Of a stretch of DNA of 64,000 bases, positions 21,392 through 31,803 are shown in pieces. The notes under the pieces are model-generated. The model ran no database searches and was not told the DNA's origin. It saw only the letters and a program-made list of their open reading frames with translations. Within the stretch, counting starts at the first letter, position 1. Every line of letters starts with the position of its first letter. The translations under genes and the position numbers were made by a program. This DNA is from Bacteroidales bacterium (GTDB taxonomy: Bacteria; Bacteroidota; Bacteroidia; Bacteroidales; UBA4417). Location of the stretch: contig JBBQSY010000001.1 in assembly GCA_038213495.1 (NCBI GenBank), positions 30,800-94,799 of the forward strand, in the 5' to 3' direction.

Positions 21392-21871
21392 TTAACGAAT
21401 ATCCGGTAAGTATTCAAGATTTATAGCACCTCTTTTTATGCTTTTAACACGACACCTTACTTTTTTTTGTTTGTTCAGGTCCGGATTTTCATTTCCGGAT
21501 AGAGGTACATGGATGCTATTTCCTGAAATTTCTTTTACAGCCAAAATTCCTTTTTTCGAATCTTCACCCGGAAAATAACTTATAAAATCGAAATAGTAGC
21601 TTTCCCCTTCCTCGTAAAAAGGATGCCTGGGCTCAAGAAATACACGGCCCGTACAATTTATCTTTTCTATTTTACAACTGACAAGATCACCGGTTTTAAA
21701 TCCATAGTTTTGATAAAAGCCTACAGGCATAAAATGTTTCAGGCCATTTATGTCCAGTAAAATATAATACCATTCTTCGTCCTGCAGTTTTACATGATTG
21801 TGTATCCTGAATGGAAACCATTCACTTTCGGTAAGAATAACTTTGCCTGAATTGTACCCGGGATAGTGCAT
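21392..21871 (-). CDS. Hypothetical protein, 159 aa, no family recognised
   Basis: Clean ORF with normal amino-acid composition. It lies between relA and the candidate ncRNA on the same strand. Confidence 0.6.
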   Translation of the reverse strand: MHYPGYNSGKVILTESEWFPFRIHNHVKLQDEEWYYILLDINGLKHFMPVGFYQNYGFKTGDLVSCKIEKINCTGRVFLEPRHPFYEEGESYYFDFISYFPGEDSKKGILAVKEISGNSIHVPLSGNENPDLNKQKKVRCRVKSIKRGAINLEYLPDIR

Positions 21872-21953
21872 TGTGACGTGAAATCAAGTATTCAAAATTA
21901 CACTTTTCGTTAAAATTATTGCAACTGCCATTATTTTATATTTCCAGGTAGGG

Positions 21954-24149
21954 TTAGTTTTCCCTGCTTACTTTTCGTATTCCTTTTAAACGCACCAACT
22001 GCCCGATAATCAGGTTGAGATGTGCTTTTCCGTCAACATTCACCATAATGGATCCTTCAAACTTACCGTTGTGCGAATTGAGGTTAATTGAGCGGATATT
22101 GGCCTTAAGATCATCAGAAACAACCCTGGTGATATCGTTCAGAATACCAGGCTGATCGTTTCCACTAAGCCGGATAGTTGCAACGTAGGATGTTAATTCG
22201 GACATCTCGGCCCAACGTGCCTGTACCACACGGTAATGATAGCGCTCGAGCATTTCGGAGGCATTGGTACAGTTTGCACGGTGAATCTTGATTCCTTCTG
22301 ATACGGTAACAAATCCAAAAATCTCATCTCCATAAACCGGCTGACAGCAACGTGCAAATTTTACATCCGACAGTGGTGTAGATTCATTAATAATAATCAC
22401 AGGTTTTTGCTTGCCTGCTTTATTCTGTGTGCCGTCAATTTTCGAGAATGGTTTCGCGGCAGGTTTAAGTTCCGCAGTTTTAACTACCGGCAGAAAGGCT
22501 TCTTTTACTTTTTGAATGTCGTATTTGCCTTCGGCCAGGCCATGAAACAAATCGAGTGCACTGGATGATTTAAAAAAGACAACCAGTTTATTCCCTATAT
22601 CATCGTTGTAGTCGATTTTCATCTGACCAAGTTTGCGCATTAACAGGTCCTTGCCCGCTTCCGACTGCGAAAATTCAACATCTTTAAGTATCCGCTTTAT
22701 TTTGGTGATTGCTTTTGAAGAAGTCACCCAGTTAAGCCAATCGATGTTTGGCTTCTGATTTTTTGCCGTAATTACTTCAACCTGGTCACCGGTTTTAAGA
22801 ACATATTTAAGCGGTACAAATAACTTATTTACTTTGGCCCCGCTGCAATGCTGCCCGATTTCGGTATGAATATCGAAAGCAAAGTCAAGAATTGTGGCAC
22901 CCGACCGAAGTTTCTTAAGATGACCTTCCGGCGTAAAAACAAAAATATAATCTGAATTATCTTTCATTCCGGCAGTATGTGCAATATCGTCATCACCGGG
23001 TGTATAGTTTTCGAGCATGGCCCGGATATTCCTTAACCATTCGTCGGATGAGGATTTAACGCCTTTTTGTTCTTTATACCTCCAATGCGCGGCCATACCC
23101 TTTTCGGCATGTTCATCCATACGCTTACTTCGTATCTGCACTTCCACCCAATTGCCTCCGGGTACTTCAACCGTTACGTGCAGGGATTCGTAACCGTTTG
23201 GCCTGGGCGCTGAAATCCAGTCGCGGAGCCTGGATGAATTGGGAGGATAAATATCTGTTACATGTGAATATGCTTTCCAGCATTCCGCTTTTTCGTTGTC
23301 GGGAGTAGTGTTCAGGATGATGCGAATCGCAAAGAAATCATACACTTCATCAAAATCGATTTCCTGTTTTTTCATTTTGGAATAAATGGAAGGAATGGTC
23401 TTAGTGCGTGCTTTAATCTCAAAATCGAGACCTGCTTCGAGAAGATTTTTATGGATGGGCGCCATAAATCCTTTGAAATATTTTTTCTGTTCCTTTGCCG
23501 TATTCTCGATTTTTTTCCTGATGCTGTGATACACTTCAGGCAAAGTATGTTGCATAGCCAGATCATCGAGCTCACCTTTAACTTTATACAGACCCAGCCT
23601 GTGTGCCAAAGGAGAATACAGATCGTTTGTTTCGGTCGAAATCTGTTTCTGCTCTTCCGGAGTAAGCATATTAATATTTCGCATGACGTTAATCCTATCT
23701 GCCAGTCTGATAAGCAAAACCCTGATATCACCCGAAATACTTAGCAAAAGCTGAATAAAATTTTCGGGCATAATGGATATTTTATCCATCCTGATAACCG
23801 AAATCTGCTGAATCTTGCTTACAATATTTAATGTATCTTTCCCGAACTTCTTTTTAAAATTGTCAGAAGCGGCAGCATTATGCAGCGGCACCTGTTGCAG
23901 CAGGGCTGATATGATGCTTGTGGTATCGAGACCCATATCATCGGCTGCGATCCTTGCAACTAAAACTGAATGAGTGAGTTGAAATTCACCCTGTTCATTC
24001 CTTGCATCTCCGAAATTGTGTAATACTTCGAGGAAGGCCTGCTTGATCAGAATACGGTTATTACGCTCAGTAATATAACTGACCGAACCAAGCAACTCTT
24101 TATACAGTGATTGAATTTTCTTTTTTTCTGTGCGTTCTTCTATTTTCAT
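21954..24149 (-). CDS. relA: RelA/SpoT-homologue (p)ppGpp synthetase with degenerate hydrolase motifs (RelA-type)
   Basis: 731 aa. Synthetase motifs are intact (RTKTIPSIYSKM, ESLHVTV, EVQIRSKRMDEHAEKGMAAHWRYK), with TGS and ACT regions. The hydrolase HD is replaced (ALLQQV instead of ALLHDV). Confidence 0.88.
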   Translation of the reverse strand: MKIEERTEKKKIQSLYKELLGSVSYITERNNRILIKQAFLEVLHNFGDARNEQGEFQLTHSVLVARIAADDMGLDTTSIISALLQQVPLHNAAASDNFKKKFGKDTLNIVSKIQQISVIRMDKISIMPENFIQLLLSISGDIRVLLIRLADRINVMRNINMLTPEEQKQISTETNDLYSPLAHRLGLYKVKGELDDLAMQHTLPEVYHSIRKKIENTAKEQKKYFKGFMAPIHKNLLEAGLDFEIKARTKTIPSIYSKMKKQEIDFDEVYDFFAIRIILNTTPDNEKAECWKAYSHVTDIYPPNSSRLRDWISAPRPNGYESLHVTVEVPGGNWVEVQIRSKRMDEHAEKGMAAHWRYKEQKGVKSSSDEWLRNIRAMLENYTPGDDDIAHTAGMKDNSDYIFVFTPEGHLKKLRSGATILDFAFDIHTEIGQHCSGAKVNKLFVPLKYVLKTGDQVEVITAKNQKPNIDWLNWVTSSKAITKIKRILKDVEFSQSEAGKDLLMRKLGQMKIDYNDDIGNKLVVFFKSSSALDLFHGLAEGKYDIQKVKEAFLPVVKTAELKPAAKPFSKIDGTQNKAGKQKPVIIINESTPLSDVKFARCCQPVYGDEIFGFVTVSEGIKIHRANCTNASEMLERYHYRVVQARWAEMSELTSYVATIRLSGNDQPGILNDITRVVSDDLKANIRSINLNSHNGKFEGSIMVNVDGKAHLNLIIGQLVRLKGIRKVSREN

Positions 24150-24196
24150 GGTTCCACCTATCTATTAATACCTAAACAAAGCAGCATCAAAAAAGG

Positions 24197-24227
24197 TAAA
24201 AAAAAGGCCCGGATTTAATGCCGGGCC
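24197..24227 (-). terminator. Intrinsic terminator of the nfeD-floA operon
   Basis: Stem AGGCCCGG/CCGGGCCT followed on the minus strand by eight U. Confidence 0.8.
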
Positions 24228-24258
24228 TGTAAGTTAAGATAGTAGTTATTGGTTTAAT

Positions 24259-25257
24259 CTACTCTCCTTGTTTACCGGTTTGGCCAGTACGGCTTTGATT
24301 AGGATCACCGATAGAATCACGCATACGCGTATCAGCCTGAATATTCTTGAACTTATAATAATCCATAATTCCGAGATTACCCGTACGGAAAGCATCGGCA
24401 ATTGCTTTTGGAATTTCGGCTTCGGCCAGAATAACTGCAGCTCTGGCTTCCTGGGCCTTAGCTATCATTTCCTGTTCGTTGGCAACGGCCATTGCCCTGC
24501 GTTCTTCGGCGCGGGCCTGGGCTATATTTTTATCAGCATTTGCCTGGTCCATCTGAAGCATGGCGCCGATATTTTTACCAACATCAATATCAGCGATATC
24601 GATAGAAAGAATCTCAAATGCTGTACCCGAATCGAGGCCTTTGGCTAGTACCACTTTCGAAATGGTATCAGGATTAGCTAATACTTCCTTATGCGATGAA
24701 GTACTACCAATTGATGAAACAATGCCCTCACCTACCCTGGCAAGAACGGTTTCTTCGCCGGCACCTCCGACTAATTGTTTAATATTTGCCCGTACGGTAA
24801 CCCTTGCTTTGGCAATAAGCTGTATACCATCCCTGGCAACTGCAGCTACCGGTGGAGTATCCAGGATTTTAGGATTAACCGACATCTGAACAGCTTCAAA
24901 AACATCACGTCCTGCCAGATCAATGGCAGTTGCTGATTTATAATCAAGAGGAATATTTGCTTTATCGGCAGAAATTAAAGCATTAACTACCGATTTTACT
25001 CTGCCACCAGCCAGATAATGTGCTTCGAGTTGATCGCGTGAAAGGGTTAATCCTGCTTTGGTTGAAGTAATCAAAGCAGATACGATGACTGAAGGCGGAA
25101 CTTTACGCCAACGCATAAATACCAGTTGAAGGAGTGAAATTTTTACACCCGAAAGCAAAGCTGTGAACCAAAGCCCAACCGGGATAAAGTAAAAAATAAT
25201 CCATAACCCGACTAAACAGGCTACACCAATGGCAATAATTGAAAATAGAGGATCCAT
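24259..25257 (-). CDS. floA: Flotillin-like protein FloA (SPFH domain, UPF0365)
   Basis: 332 aa with an N-terminal membrane hairpin, an SPFH core and an A/E-rich C-terminal region typical of FloA/YqfA. Confidence 0.85.
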   Translation of the reverse strand: MDPLFSIIAIGVACLVGLWIIFYFIPVGLWFTALLSGVKISLLQLVFMRWRKVPPSVIVSALITSTKAGLTLSRDQLEAHYLAGGRVKSVVNALISADKANIPLDYKSATAIDLAGRDVFEAVQMSVNPKILDTPPVAAVARDGIQLIAKARVTVRANIKQLVGGAGEETVLARVGEGIVSSIGSTSSHKEVLANPDTISKVVLAKGLDSGTAFEILSIDIADIDVGKNIGAMLQMDQANADKNIAQARAEERRAMAVANEQEMIAKAQEARAAVILAEAEIPKAIADAFRTGNLGIMDYYKFKNIQADTRMRDSIGDPNQSRTGQTGKQGE

Positions 25258-25262
25258 ATAAT

Positions 25263-25730
25263 TTAATTTTTAGTGGTTACAATAATTTTGTTGTCTTTAA
25301 CTGAAAGAACTGTTATTTCTTTTTCCTGATCGATAAACTCACCATATGTATGAACTTCGACTATATCGTTGTTTATCATTGCTTTACCTGAGGGTGCAAG
25401 TCTTGAAACCGATATCCCTGCATCTCCTGTTTTAATATCTGTTCCTTCCAACTGGTCCATTTTTCCGTCCGAAGTTGACTTTAGAGCCATTCGTTTCCAG
25501 GTACCGGTCTTGAAAGAATAATAAAGAGAAATAATGGTAACGACCACAGTAGCCCCCAATGTAATATGACCGGCAATGATTCCTTTTGAAGCATAGGCTT
25601 GCCACAGGCCGACAAAAAGAAGTCCAAAGCCAAGAATACCGGCAAGCGTAGTTCCGGGAATAACAAGGATTTCAAGGAGCAGAAAAAGCAATCCAAGTGC
25701 AATCAATATGATGATAAGTAGCCAGGACAT
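25263..25730 (-). CDS. NfeD-family membrane protein
   Basis: The start is taken at internal [12 protein letters not shown]. It has three or four TM helices plus a C-terminal OB-like soluble domain, and sits immediately upstream of floA. Confidence 0.75.
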   Translation of the reverse strand: MSWLLIIILIALGLLFLLLEILVIPGTTLAGILGFGLLFVGLWQAYASKGIIAGHITLGATVVVTIISLYYSFKTGTWKRMALKSTSDGKMDQLEGTDIKTGDAGISVSRLAPSGKAMINNDIVEVHTYGEFIDQEKEITVLSVKDNKIIVTTKN

Positions 25731-25957
25731 GATCGTTTTGAATTTAAAAAACCTGAGAATCAATATGGAACTTATACCCACTGGATTCTCAGGCTAAATT
25801 AGAGATTTTTTCGACAGGAAATCTATCCTGGCATAAAAAACTTATGAATCATTATTTTATCCCAATTCCTAGTTTTTGGGGATTAGGAGGTGCAGCCTGC
25901 TTCTGTGGTGTTGAAGATGCTGATTTTTGCTGAGAAGTTGTATTAACTCCATAGCTT

Positions 25958-26782
25958 TTAACGCCTGTTCTTGCCGCCGGAATTTGCGACATAATATTTT
26001 TTTGCTTCCGGCATAAAAGCGTGAATCTGGGCAATACGACGTTCATCACTGGGATGAGTACTCATAAATTCAGGTGGTTTGGCTCCGCCGACTTTAGCCA
26101 TTTCCTGCCAGAAAGAAACTGCCCGTTCGGGATCATACCCAGCCATGGCCATAAAAACCAGTCCTAATTTATCTGCTTCGAGTTCGTGCTGGCGTGAATA
26201 GCCTAACATACCTAATTGTGACCCGACACCAAAAGCCGACATGAAAATATTCTGTGTTGCTTCCGGTTTCTGCTGCATATATACCTGCAGACCCATTCCG
26301 GCAGCCTGTATGGCTAACTCCTGGCTCATGCGCTCGTTTCCATGATTCGCAATTGCATGTGCTATTTCATGCCCCATAACCACAGCCAGACCTGCATCAT
26401 CCTTTGTAAGCGGTAATATCCCAGTGTAAACCACAACCTTTCCTCCGGGCATACACCAGGCATTTACATCTTTGCTGTCGACAACATTAAATTCCCATTT
26501 GTAGCCTTCAAGGTTTTTTGATAAGCCATTGTCTTTCATATATTTTTCTACTGCATGGCTAATGCGGATTCCTACCGCAGTAACTTCCGCAGACTGCCTG
26601 GTTGGAGGATTTACCGCCGGATTTTCCTTTAAAAATGAAGCATAACTCGATTGGCCCATTTCCATAATCATACTGTTAGGCAGCAATTTAAGCTGTTTAC
26701 GGCCGGTAATGGGCACTCTGGAACAGGAAATAATTGTAATTCCTATCAGTAAAACTGAAATGATTCTGAAGATTTTATTCAT
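25958..26782 (-). CDS. M48-family zinc metallopeptidase, lipoprotein
   Basis: 274 aa with an HEIAH zinc motif (MGHEIAHAIANH) and a signal peptide ending ISCS. Confidence 0.85.
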   Translation of the reverse strand: MNKIFRIISVLLIGITIISCSRVPITGRKQLKLLPNSMIMEMGQSSYASFLKENPAVNPPTRQSAEVTAVGIRISHAVEKYMKDNGLSKNLEGYKWEFNVVDSKDVNAWCMPGGKVVVYTGILPLTKDDAGLAVVMGHEIAHAIANHGNERMSQELAIQAAGMGLQVYMQQKPEATQNIFMSAFGVGSQLGMLGYSRQHELEADKLGLVFMAMAGYDPERAVSFWQEMAKVGGAKPPEFMSTHPSDERRIAQIHAFMPEAKKYYVANSGGKNRR

Positions 26783-26799
26783 AAAAAAAGTATTTAAAA

Positions 26800-27072
26800 T
26801 TAAGCTAATACGGTGGATATCCCCCTGTTGTTAAGTTCGTTGTTCATTGGAGTTAACTCGCTTAACGTACCAAATTTTATGCCACACTTGCCTTTAAAGT
26901 GTGCAATCAGGGCACATTGCTCAGCCTGTACAGGATCGTGATCACAAACTTCAACCAGGCTCTCGATCACAAAATCGAATGAATTTACATCATCATTGAA
27001 CAGAATCAACTCTTTCCGGCTGGTTAATAATCCGGCGGTTGAATCTGAAGGTTTTAATTGCTGCTTTTTCAT
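26800..27072 (-). CDS. clpS: ATP-dependent Clp protease adaptor ClpS
   Basis: The start is taken at internal MKKQQLKP. The core LFNDDVNSFDFVIESLVEVCDHDPVQAEQCALIAHFKG is typical of ClpS. Confidence 0.85.
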   Translation of the reverse strand: MKKQQLKPSDSTAGLLTSRKELILFNDDVNSFDFVIESLVEVCDHDPVQAEQCALIAHFKGKCGIKFGTLSELTPMNNELNNRGISTVLA

Positions 27073-27200
27073 GATTTGAAGTAATATTGCAAAGATAACA
27101 CTTACTGAAAGAAATGAAGAAAATCTTTCGTTAAAATAATACGCATGGCAATAAAACAATTTTATTGTTGTTTTGGTTTAATAGCTAGTATTTTATCAGC

Positions 27201-27887
27201 ATGAATAATCTAATTTTTACCGCACAGAAGACCCGGATTTTTATTGATCTGCTGAAAGCTGAACTTTTTCCCGATCTCCCGGGAGTAGATGCACACATTC
27301 TGCTGGCTCCCGGGGTGCGGATTAACGAACTGAAAACCACTGAGCCTCCGGATCATGCTTTCGAAAGTTCCGTACTGATTGTATTGTATCCTTACAAAAA
27401 CCGGTTGCATACCGTGGTAATTTTACGAAACGAATACAACGGTACTCATTCGGGTCAGATAAGCCTGCCGGGCGGAAAAGCGGAGGAGTCGGATAACGAT
27501 TTCAGACATACCGCATTGCGTGAAGCCCGGGAAGAAATCGGAATAATTCCTGATGAAATGGAAATCATAGGTCAGCTGAGTCGTTTTTATGTGCGGCCCA
27601 GCAATTTTATTATCTACCCTTTTATTGCCTTTTGTGCCCGGCGCCCCGAATTTCACCCTGATCCCTTTGAAGTTCAGAGGATAATTGAGATTGACATCTT
27701 CGGTGAAATCAGTTATGACAAAATTGTGAACCGAACGCTTAGTTTTAAAAACAATTTAAAGGTTGATGCTCCCGGATTTTCAGTTAGCGGCGAATTTATG
27801 TGGGGGGCTACTGCGATGATATTCAGCGAACTGATTCAAATACTGAATAAGGTAGCAGATAAAATAAAACAAACTCCTTTCGAATAA
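27201..27887 (+). CDS. NUDIX hydrolase, CoA-pyrophosphatase-like
   Basis: 228 aa with an intact Nudix box (LPGGKAEESDNDFRHTALREAREEIG). Confidence 0.8.
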   Translation: MNNLIFTAQKTRIFIDLLKAELFPDLPGVDAHILLAPGVRINELKTTEPPDHAFESSVLIVLYPYKNRLHTVVILRNEYNGTHSGQISLPGGKAEESDNDFRHTALREAREEIGIIPDEMEIIGQLSRFYVRPSNFIIYPFIAFCARRPEFHPDPFEVQRIIEIDIFGEISYDKIVNRTLSFKNNLKVDAPGFSVSGEFMWGATAMIFSELIQILNKVADKIKQTPFE

Positions 27888-27894
27888 GCCCGGC

Positions 27895-28311
27895 CTAATC
27901 TACAATCTTAATCTCGATAAGCATTTCAGCTGTTTTTGATAACATTGCAGAAACCCCGCAGTATCTTTCTGTCGATAGGTTTACGGCTTTTTCAAGTTTA
28001 TCGTACGGGAGATTTTCTCCTTTGAAAAAATACCCAAGTTTGATCTGATTAAATACTTTTGGGTGCTCGTCGGTGAGTTCGGCTGAAATCTCCATCCAGA
28101 ATTTCTCAGGAACCACTTTCATTTTTGCAAGAATGGAAACCACATCCATCCCGGTGCAACCACCCAGACCAACCAGAAGCAATACCTTTGGTCTTGGTCC
28201 CTGATCGGTTCCACCTACGGTTTTATCGGTGTCCATTAATATTTGATGTCCGTTAACACTGGCTTCGAAAACCATGTTGCTTTTCCAGGTAACTATCGCT
28301 TGTTGTGACAT
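27895..28311 (-). CDS. OsmC-family peroxiredoxin-like protein
   Basis: 138 aa with the two conserved Cys contexts (GLGGCTGMD and ERYCGV). Confidence 0.8.
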   Translation of the reverse strand: MSQQAIVTWKSNMVFEASVNGHQILMDTDKTVGGTDQGPRPKVLLLVGLGGCTGMDVVSILAKMKVVPEKFWMEISAELTDEHPKVFNQIKLGYFFKGENLPYDKLEKAVNLSTERYCGVSAMLSKTAEMLIEIKIVD

Positions 28312-28413
28312 AGATTTATCGGATTATTGAAATGATATTTTAGGAAGAGGAATAAAATGCACTAACATCACACCCCTATTTAAACAGAACTGAATTAATT
28401 ATGTTTTCAGGGT

Positions 28414-30063
28414 TTATTGTGCTTTGTAAACAATTTTCCCGTCAACGATTGTATAAAGTACTTTGGAGCGTAGGAGCATGTTCTCAGGAGCTTTAATGAG
28501 ATCGGTATCTAGTATGGTAAGATCAGCGTCTTTTCCAACTGCGATGCTGCCTCTCTCATTTTCGGAAAATGCAGACTTGGCAGCCCATGTCGTAATGCTT
28601 TTTAATGCATCCAACCGGCCAAGGGCATTCTCCATCATGTAACCGCCTTCCGGTTCGCCCTGCAAATCCTTTCGTGCCACTGAAGCAAAAAATGTATGAA
28701 GCGGCTCGATCCCTTCGATCGGGAAATCAGTGCCATTAGGCAGCCAACCGTTTTGTTGCAGTAAACGGTTATAAGCATATGCATTTTTTATCCTTTTGAT
28801 TCCAAGCCGACGGCCGGCCCAATCCATATCCGAAGTAGCATGTGTTGCCTGAACGGATGGAACAATACTGTACTTTTTAAAAAGTTCGAAATCATCGCCA
28901 TCAATCACCTGGGCATGTTCGATACGCCATCTGCGGTCGTTACCCGGTTTAAGGAATTTGCTGTACGTGTGCAGAACCATTCTCACGGCTGAATCGCCGA
29001 TAGCATGGGTATTCATCTGAAAACCATGCTCATAGGCGCGTTTGCATACGGCTGCCAGTTCGGCGGGCGTTGTAACCAATATTCCCTGGTTCGGGTAGTC
29101 ATCCTGGTAAGGACTCAGCAGGCAGGCGCCACGTGAACCAAGTGCTCCATCGGCATACATTTTAATTGCACCAACCCGTAAAAACGGTGAATGATATATG
29201 GAATCTTTAAGGAAATAGGAATAATTTTCTTCATTAGGACTTAGCCATGCGTCGATGCGGAGGGCAATTTTACCAGCCTTTTGCAATGTGTCTAACAAAA
29301 TAATATCCGATTTATTAATCCCGGCATCCGAAACTGCTGTTAATCCGGCTTCGTGACAAAGCCGGGCTGCAGTTTCCAATAAATCAGAGATTTCCTTCTC
29401 CGAGGGTCGGGGAATAGCATTTTTGATCTGGTCGGCCATGTCCTCAAGAAAAATACCTGAGAATTTGCCAGTCACAATAACAGCCTGGCCTTTTTTGCCC
29501 GGAACAGACATCCTGGCTGCCGAAATAGCTGCAGCACTGGCAAGTACCGCATGTCCGTCGATACGGGTAAGTACGACAGGTACACCCGGAAACAATTTGT
29601 TAATCTGTTCATTATCAGGAAATACCTTTTTCGGCCAGTTGTTCTGATCCCATCCGCGACCAATAATCCATCCTTCGGGATGCTGTTTTCTGTATTCCTG
29701 CAGTATATCCAATACTTCGTTAAAAGATTGTGCCCTGGTGAGATCAGCATAGCGCAAACCGAGAGCAAATCCTGTAAAATGCGAATGTGCATCCGTAAAT
29801 CCGGGGTATACAAAGGCGCCATTTGCGTTTATATATTCCTTTGCATGGAAGTTGCTTCTGATATCAGCATCCGTGCCAACCCCGGTTATTTTGCCGTTTT
29901 TGATGGCAATGCAGTTGATGCTCACATCAACACTTTCGGGAGTATATATCTGCGCGTTAAACAGGATCAGGTCTGCTTCTTTCTTGAATTCATGGCAAGA
30001 TGTTAAACTCATAGACAGAAATATTAACAAAATTAACATTAAAGGTGTAATCTGATTTTTCAT
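28414..30063 (-). CDS. Amidohydrolase-family metallohydrolase (YtcJ-like), secreted or lipoprotein
   Basis: The start is taken at internal MKNQITPLML, which gives a signal peptide ending LTSC. Motifs are GFTDAHSH and the C-terminal GSIAVGKDADL. Confidence 0.8.
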   Translation of the reverse strand: MKNQITPLMLILLIFLSMSLTSCHEFKKEADLILFNAQIYTPESVDVSINCIAIKNGKITGVGTDADIRSNFHAKEYINANGAFVYPGFTDAHSHFTGFALGLRYADLTRAQSFNEVLDILQEYRKQHPEGWIIGRGWDQNNWPKKVFPDNEQINKLFPGVPVVLTRIDGHAVLASAAAISAARMSVPGKKGQAVIVTGKFSGIFLEDMADQIKNAIPRPSEKEISDLLETAARLCHEAGLTAVSDAGINKSDIILLDTLQKAGKIALRIDAWLSPNEENYSYFLKDSIYHSPFLRVGAIKMYADGALGSRGACLLSPYQDDYPNQGILVTTPAELAAVCKRAYEHGFQMNTHAIGDSAVRMVLHTYSKFLKPGNDRRWRIEHAQVIDGDDFELFKKYSIVPSVQATHATSDMDWAGRRLGIKRIKNAYAYNRLLQQNGWLPNGTDFPIEGIEPLHTFFASVARKDLQGEPEGGYMMENALGRLDALKSITTWAAKSAFSENERGSIAVGKDADLTILDTDLIKAPENMLLRSKVLYTIVDGKIVYKAQ

Positions 30064-30351
30064 CTTCAGGTGTACTGGAAGTTTAAATATTGTGTAAAAG
30101 TAAGATTTACTTTTTGATTTCTCCCGATCAACAAAATGAAAGATGTTACGCACAAAAGATGCAATGTAATTCCCTGTCATCTTTTCACGTTTCAATTCAG
30201 AATTAACATTTATGTAAACAAATGATAATTAATCACATATAGAGATATAAACTTTTTAAACAATAATTTGTTTAATAGTAAATGAAAGGAGTGAAAGAAT
30301 TTCAATGCTTTTTGTTATTTTTGCCAAAAGAAACAAGTAACTGAATATAAA

Positions 30352-30876
30352 ATGAAAAAAATACAAATTTCGCCTAAAATTTACGTAGTATTGATTATGA
30401 TTTTTGTTGGTGCCATGATGCGGATTATTCCTCACTGGCCTAATTTTACTCCGATAGCTGCAATAGCATTATTTGGTGGTACTTTTCTGAAACGTAAGGA
30501 TCTGGCATTTCTGGTTCCGATTGCAGCCATGTTGGTCAGCGATTTGGTTATTGGATTTCATTCCACCATGCTTCCGGTATATTTATCTTTTATTGCAATC
30601 GTAGCCTTCGGTCTGATTTTGCAAAAAAAACTTACGGTTGTAAATACGATCACAGCATCACTTGCAGCATCCGTACTATTTTACCTGGTTACTAATTTTG
30701 CCAGCTGGACTTCGGGGCTGATGCCTTATCCTATGAATGTAGGCGGTTTGATGCAATCGTATATTGCAGGTCTTCCATTCCTGTTTAATGGTGTAATTGG
30801 CGATTTATTCTATACTTCGGTGCTTTTTGGTGCTGCATACCTGGTTACCAGTCGTCAGGCTATTCCGGTAAAGTAA
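30352..30876 (+). CDS. Small polytopic membrane protein, resembles DUF6580 putative transporter components
   Basis: 174 aa with about five TM helices and an N-terminal RIIPHWPNFTPIAAIALFGG motif. Family recall is from memory only. Confidence 0.5.
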   Translation: MKKIQISPKIYVVLIMIFVGAMMRIIPHWPNFTPIAAIALFGGTFLKRKDLAFLVPIAAMLVSDLVIGFHSTMLPVYLSFIAIVAFGLILQKKLTVVNTITASLAASVLFYLVTNFASWTSGLMPYPMNVGGLMQSYIAGLPFLFNGVIGDLFYTSVLFGAAYLVTSRQAIPVK

Positions 30877-30956
30877 TACAGATTCAGTAAAAATATTCAG
30901 ATAAAGTCCTTGCTTCCGGTGAGGACTTTTTTTGTGTATGGTTACAAGGGAGTATG

Positions 30957-31376
30957 CTAGAGTATTGATTTATCCCTTTCGAGTAACAGAATGGAATACT
31001 GTGGAACAATAAAATATTTCTCATCGTTGTACATGATTTCAATTGAGCCTTTCATCATATAGATGGCCAGGTCCCCTATTAACGGCTGAAGCGGAATGTA
31101 CCTTACCTTTTCATCTTTTTTAGGTTTCCAGGGCTCAGTATCCTCCTCCGGCAGGAATGGAATAGGAATGCCCGGACCGACCTTTACCACGTAGCCGTGC
31201 CGGATTTCTTCCTTTTCCGAATAGCCGGGCGGTAAAAAGAGTCCGCTCTTTGTTTTGTTTTTCTCAGAAACAGGCTTTATAAGTACTTTATCGCCTACTA
31301 CAATAAGGTTTTCGAGTTTGTCTCCGGTCATTTTCATGAATGATTCTGACATTAAGCTTCTAAGAATCATTTCCAA
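30957..31376 (-). CDS. GroES (Cpn10)-family protein; start codon uncertain
   Basis: VGDKVLIKPVSEKNKTKSGLFLP resembles the GroES mobile-loop region. Several in-frame Met codons lie near the 5' end. Confidence 0.6.
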   Translation of the reverse strand: MEMILRSLMSESFMKMTGDKLENLIVVGDKVLIKPVSEKNKTKSGLFLPPGYSEKEEIRHGYVVKVGPGIPIPFLPEEDTEPWKPKKDEKVRYIPLQPLIGDLAIYMMKGSIEIMYNDEKYFIVPQYSILLLERDKSIL

Positions 31377-31471
31377 AAAGCATTGATATCATGCAAAAGT
31401 AAGACTTTTTTGAGGTACTTTTGCAGTTTGGATTTAAAGAGGTATCTTTTTGAAAGTCTAATGGTAAATAT

Positions 31472-31738
31472 ATGAAACTGATAGGATTCCGAACGCCAAA
31501 ACCAAGAAAATTTTCTTATAAGCCACTTTTTTACGACCCGGTAAAAGAAGAGAAGGAAAGTATGCTTAAGTATCAGTCTGGTGGTGAAAGCATGCACGGC
31601 GTCGATTTACGAATGCGTATGCGCCTGCGTATGAACAGGAAAAAACTGGATGAACAGGTTCGCAAACGTTCAAGAATGACGGGAATTTTATTTACGGTTC
31701 TGCTTCTTCTTCTGATTCTGTATTTTATATTTTTTTGA
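31472..31738 (+). CDS. Hypothetical small protein with a C-terminal TM helix
   Basis: 88-aa basic protein with a hydrophobic C-terminus (ILFTVLLLLLILYFIFF). Confidence 0.45.
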   Translation: MKLIGFRTPKPRKFSYKPLFYDPVKEEKESMLKYQSGGESMHGVDLRMRMRLRMNRKKLDEQVRKRSRMTGILFTVLLLLLILYFIFF

Positions 31739-31803
31739 AACCAGAACTAAGGACGCAACAATTTATCCATGCTTATTTTATTCATTACCAATAAATTACC
31801 TAT

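Noticed and set aside
25852-26049. 65-aa minus-strand ORF overlapping the 3' end of the M48 peptidase gene
   Set aside because: It overlaps a well-supported gene in another frame and translates to low-complexity sequence.
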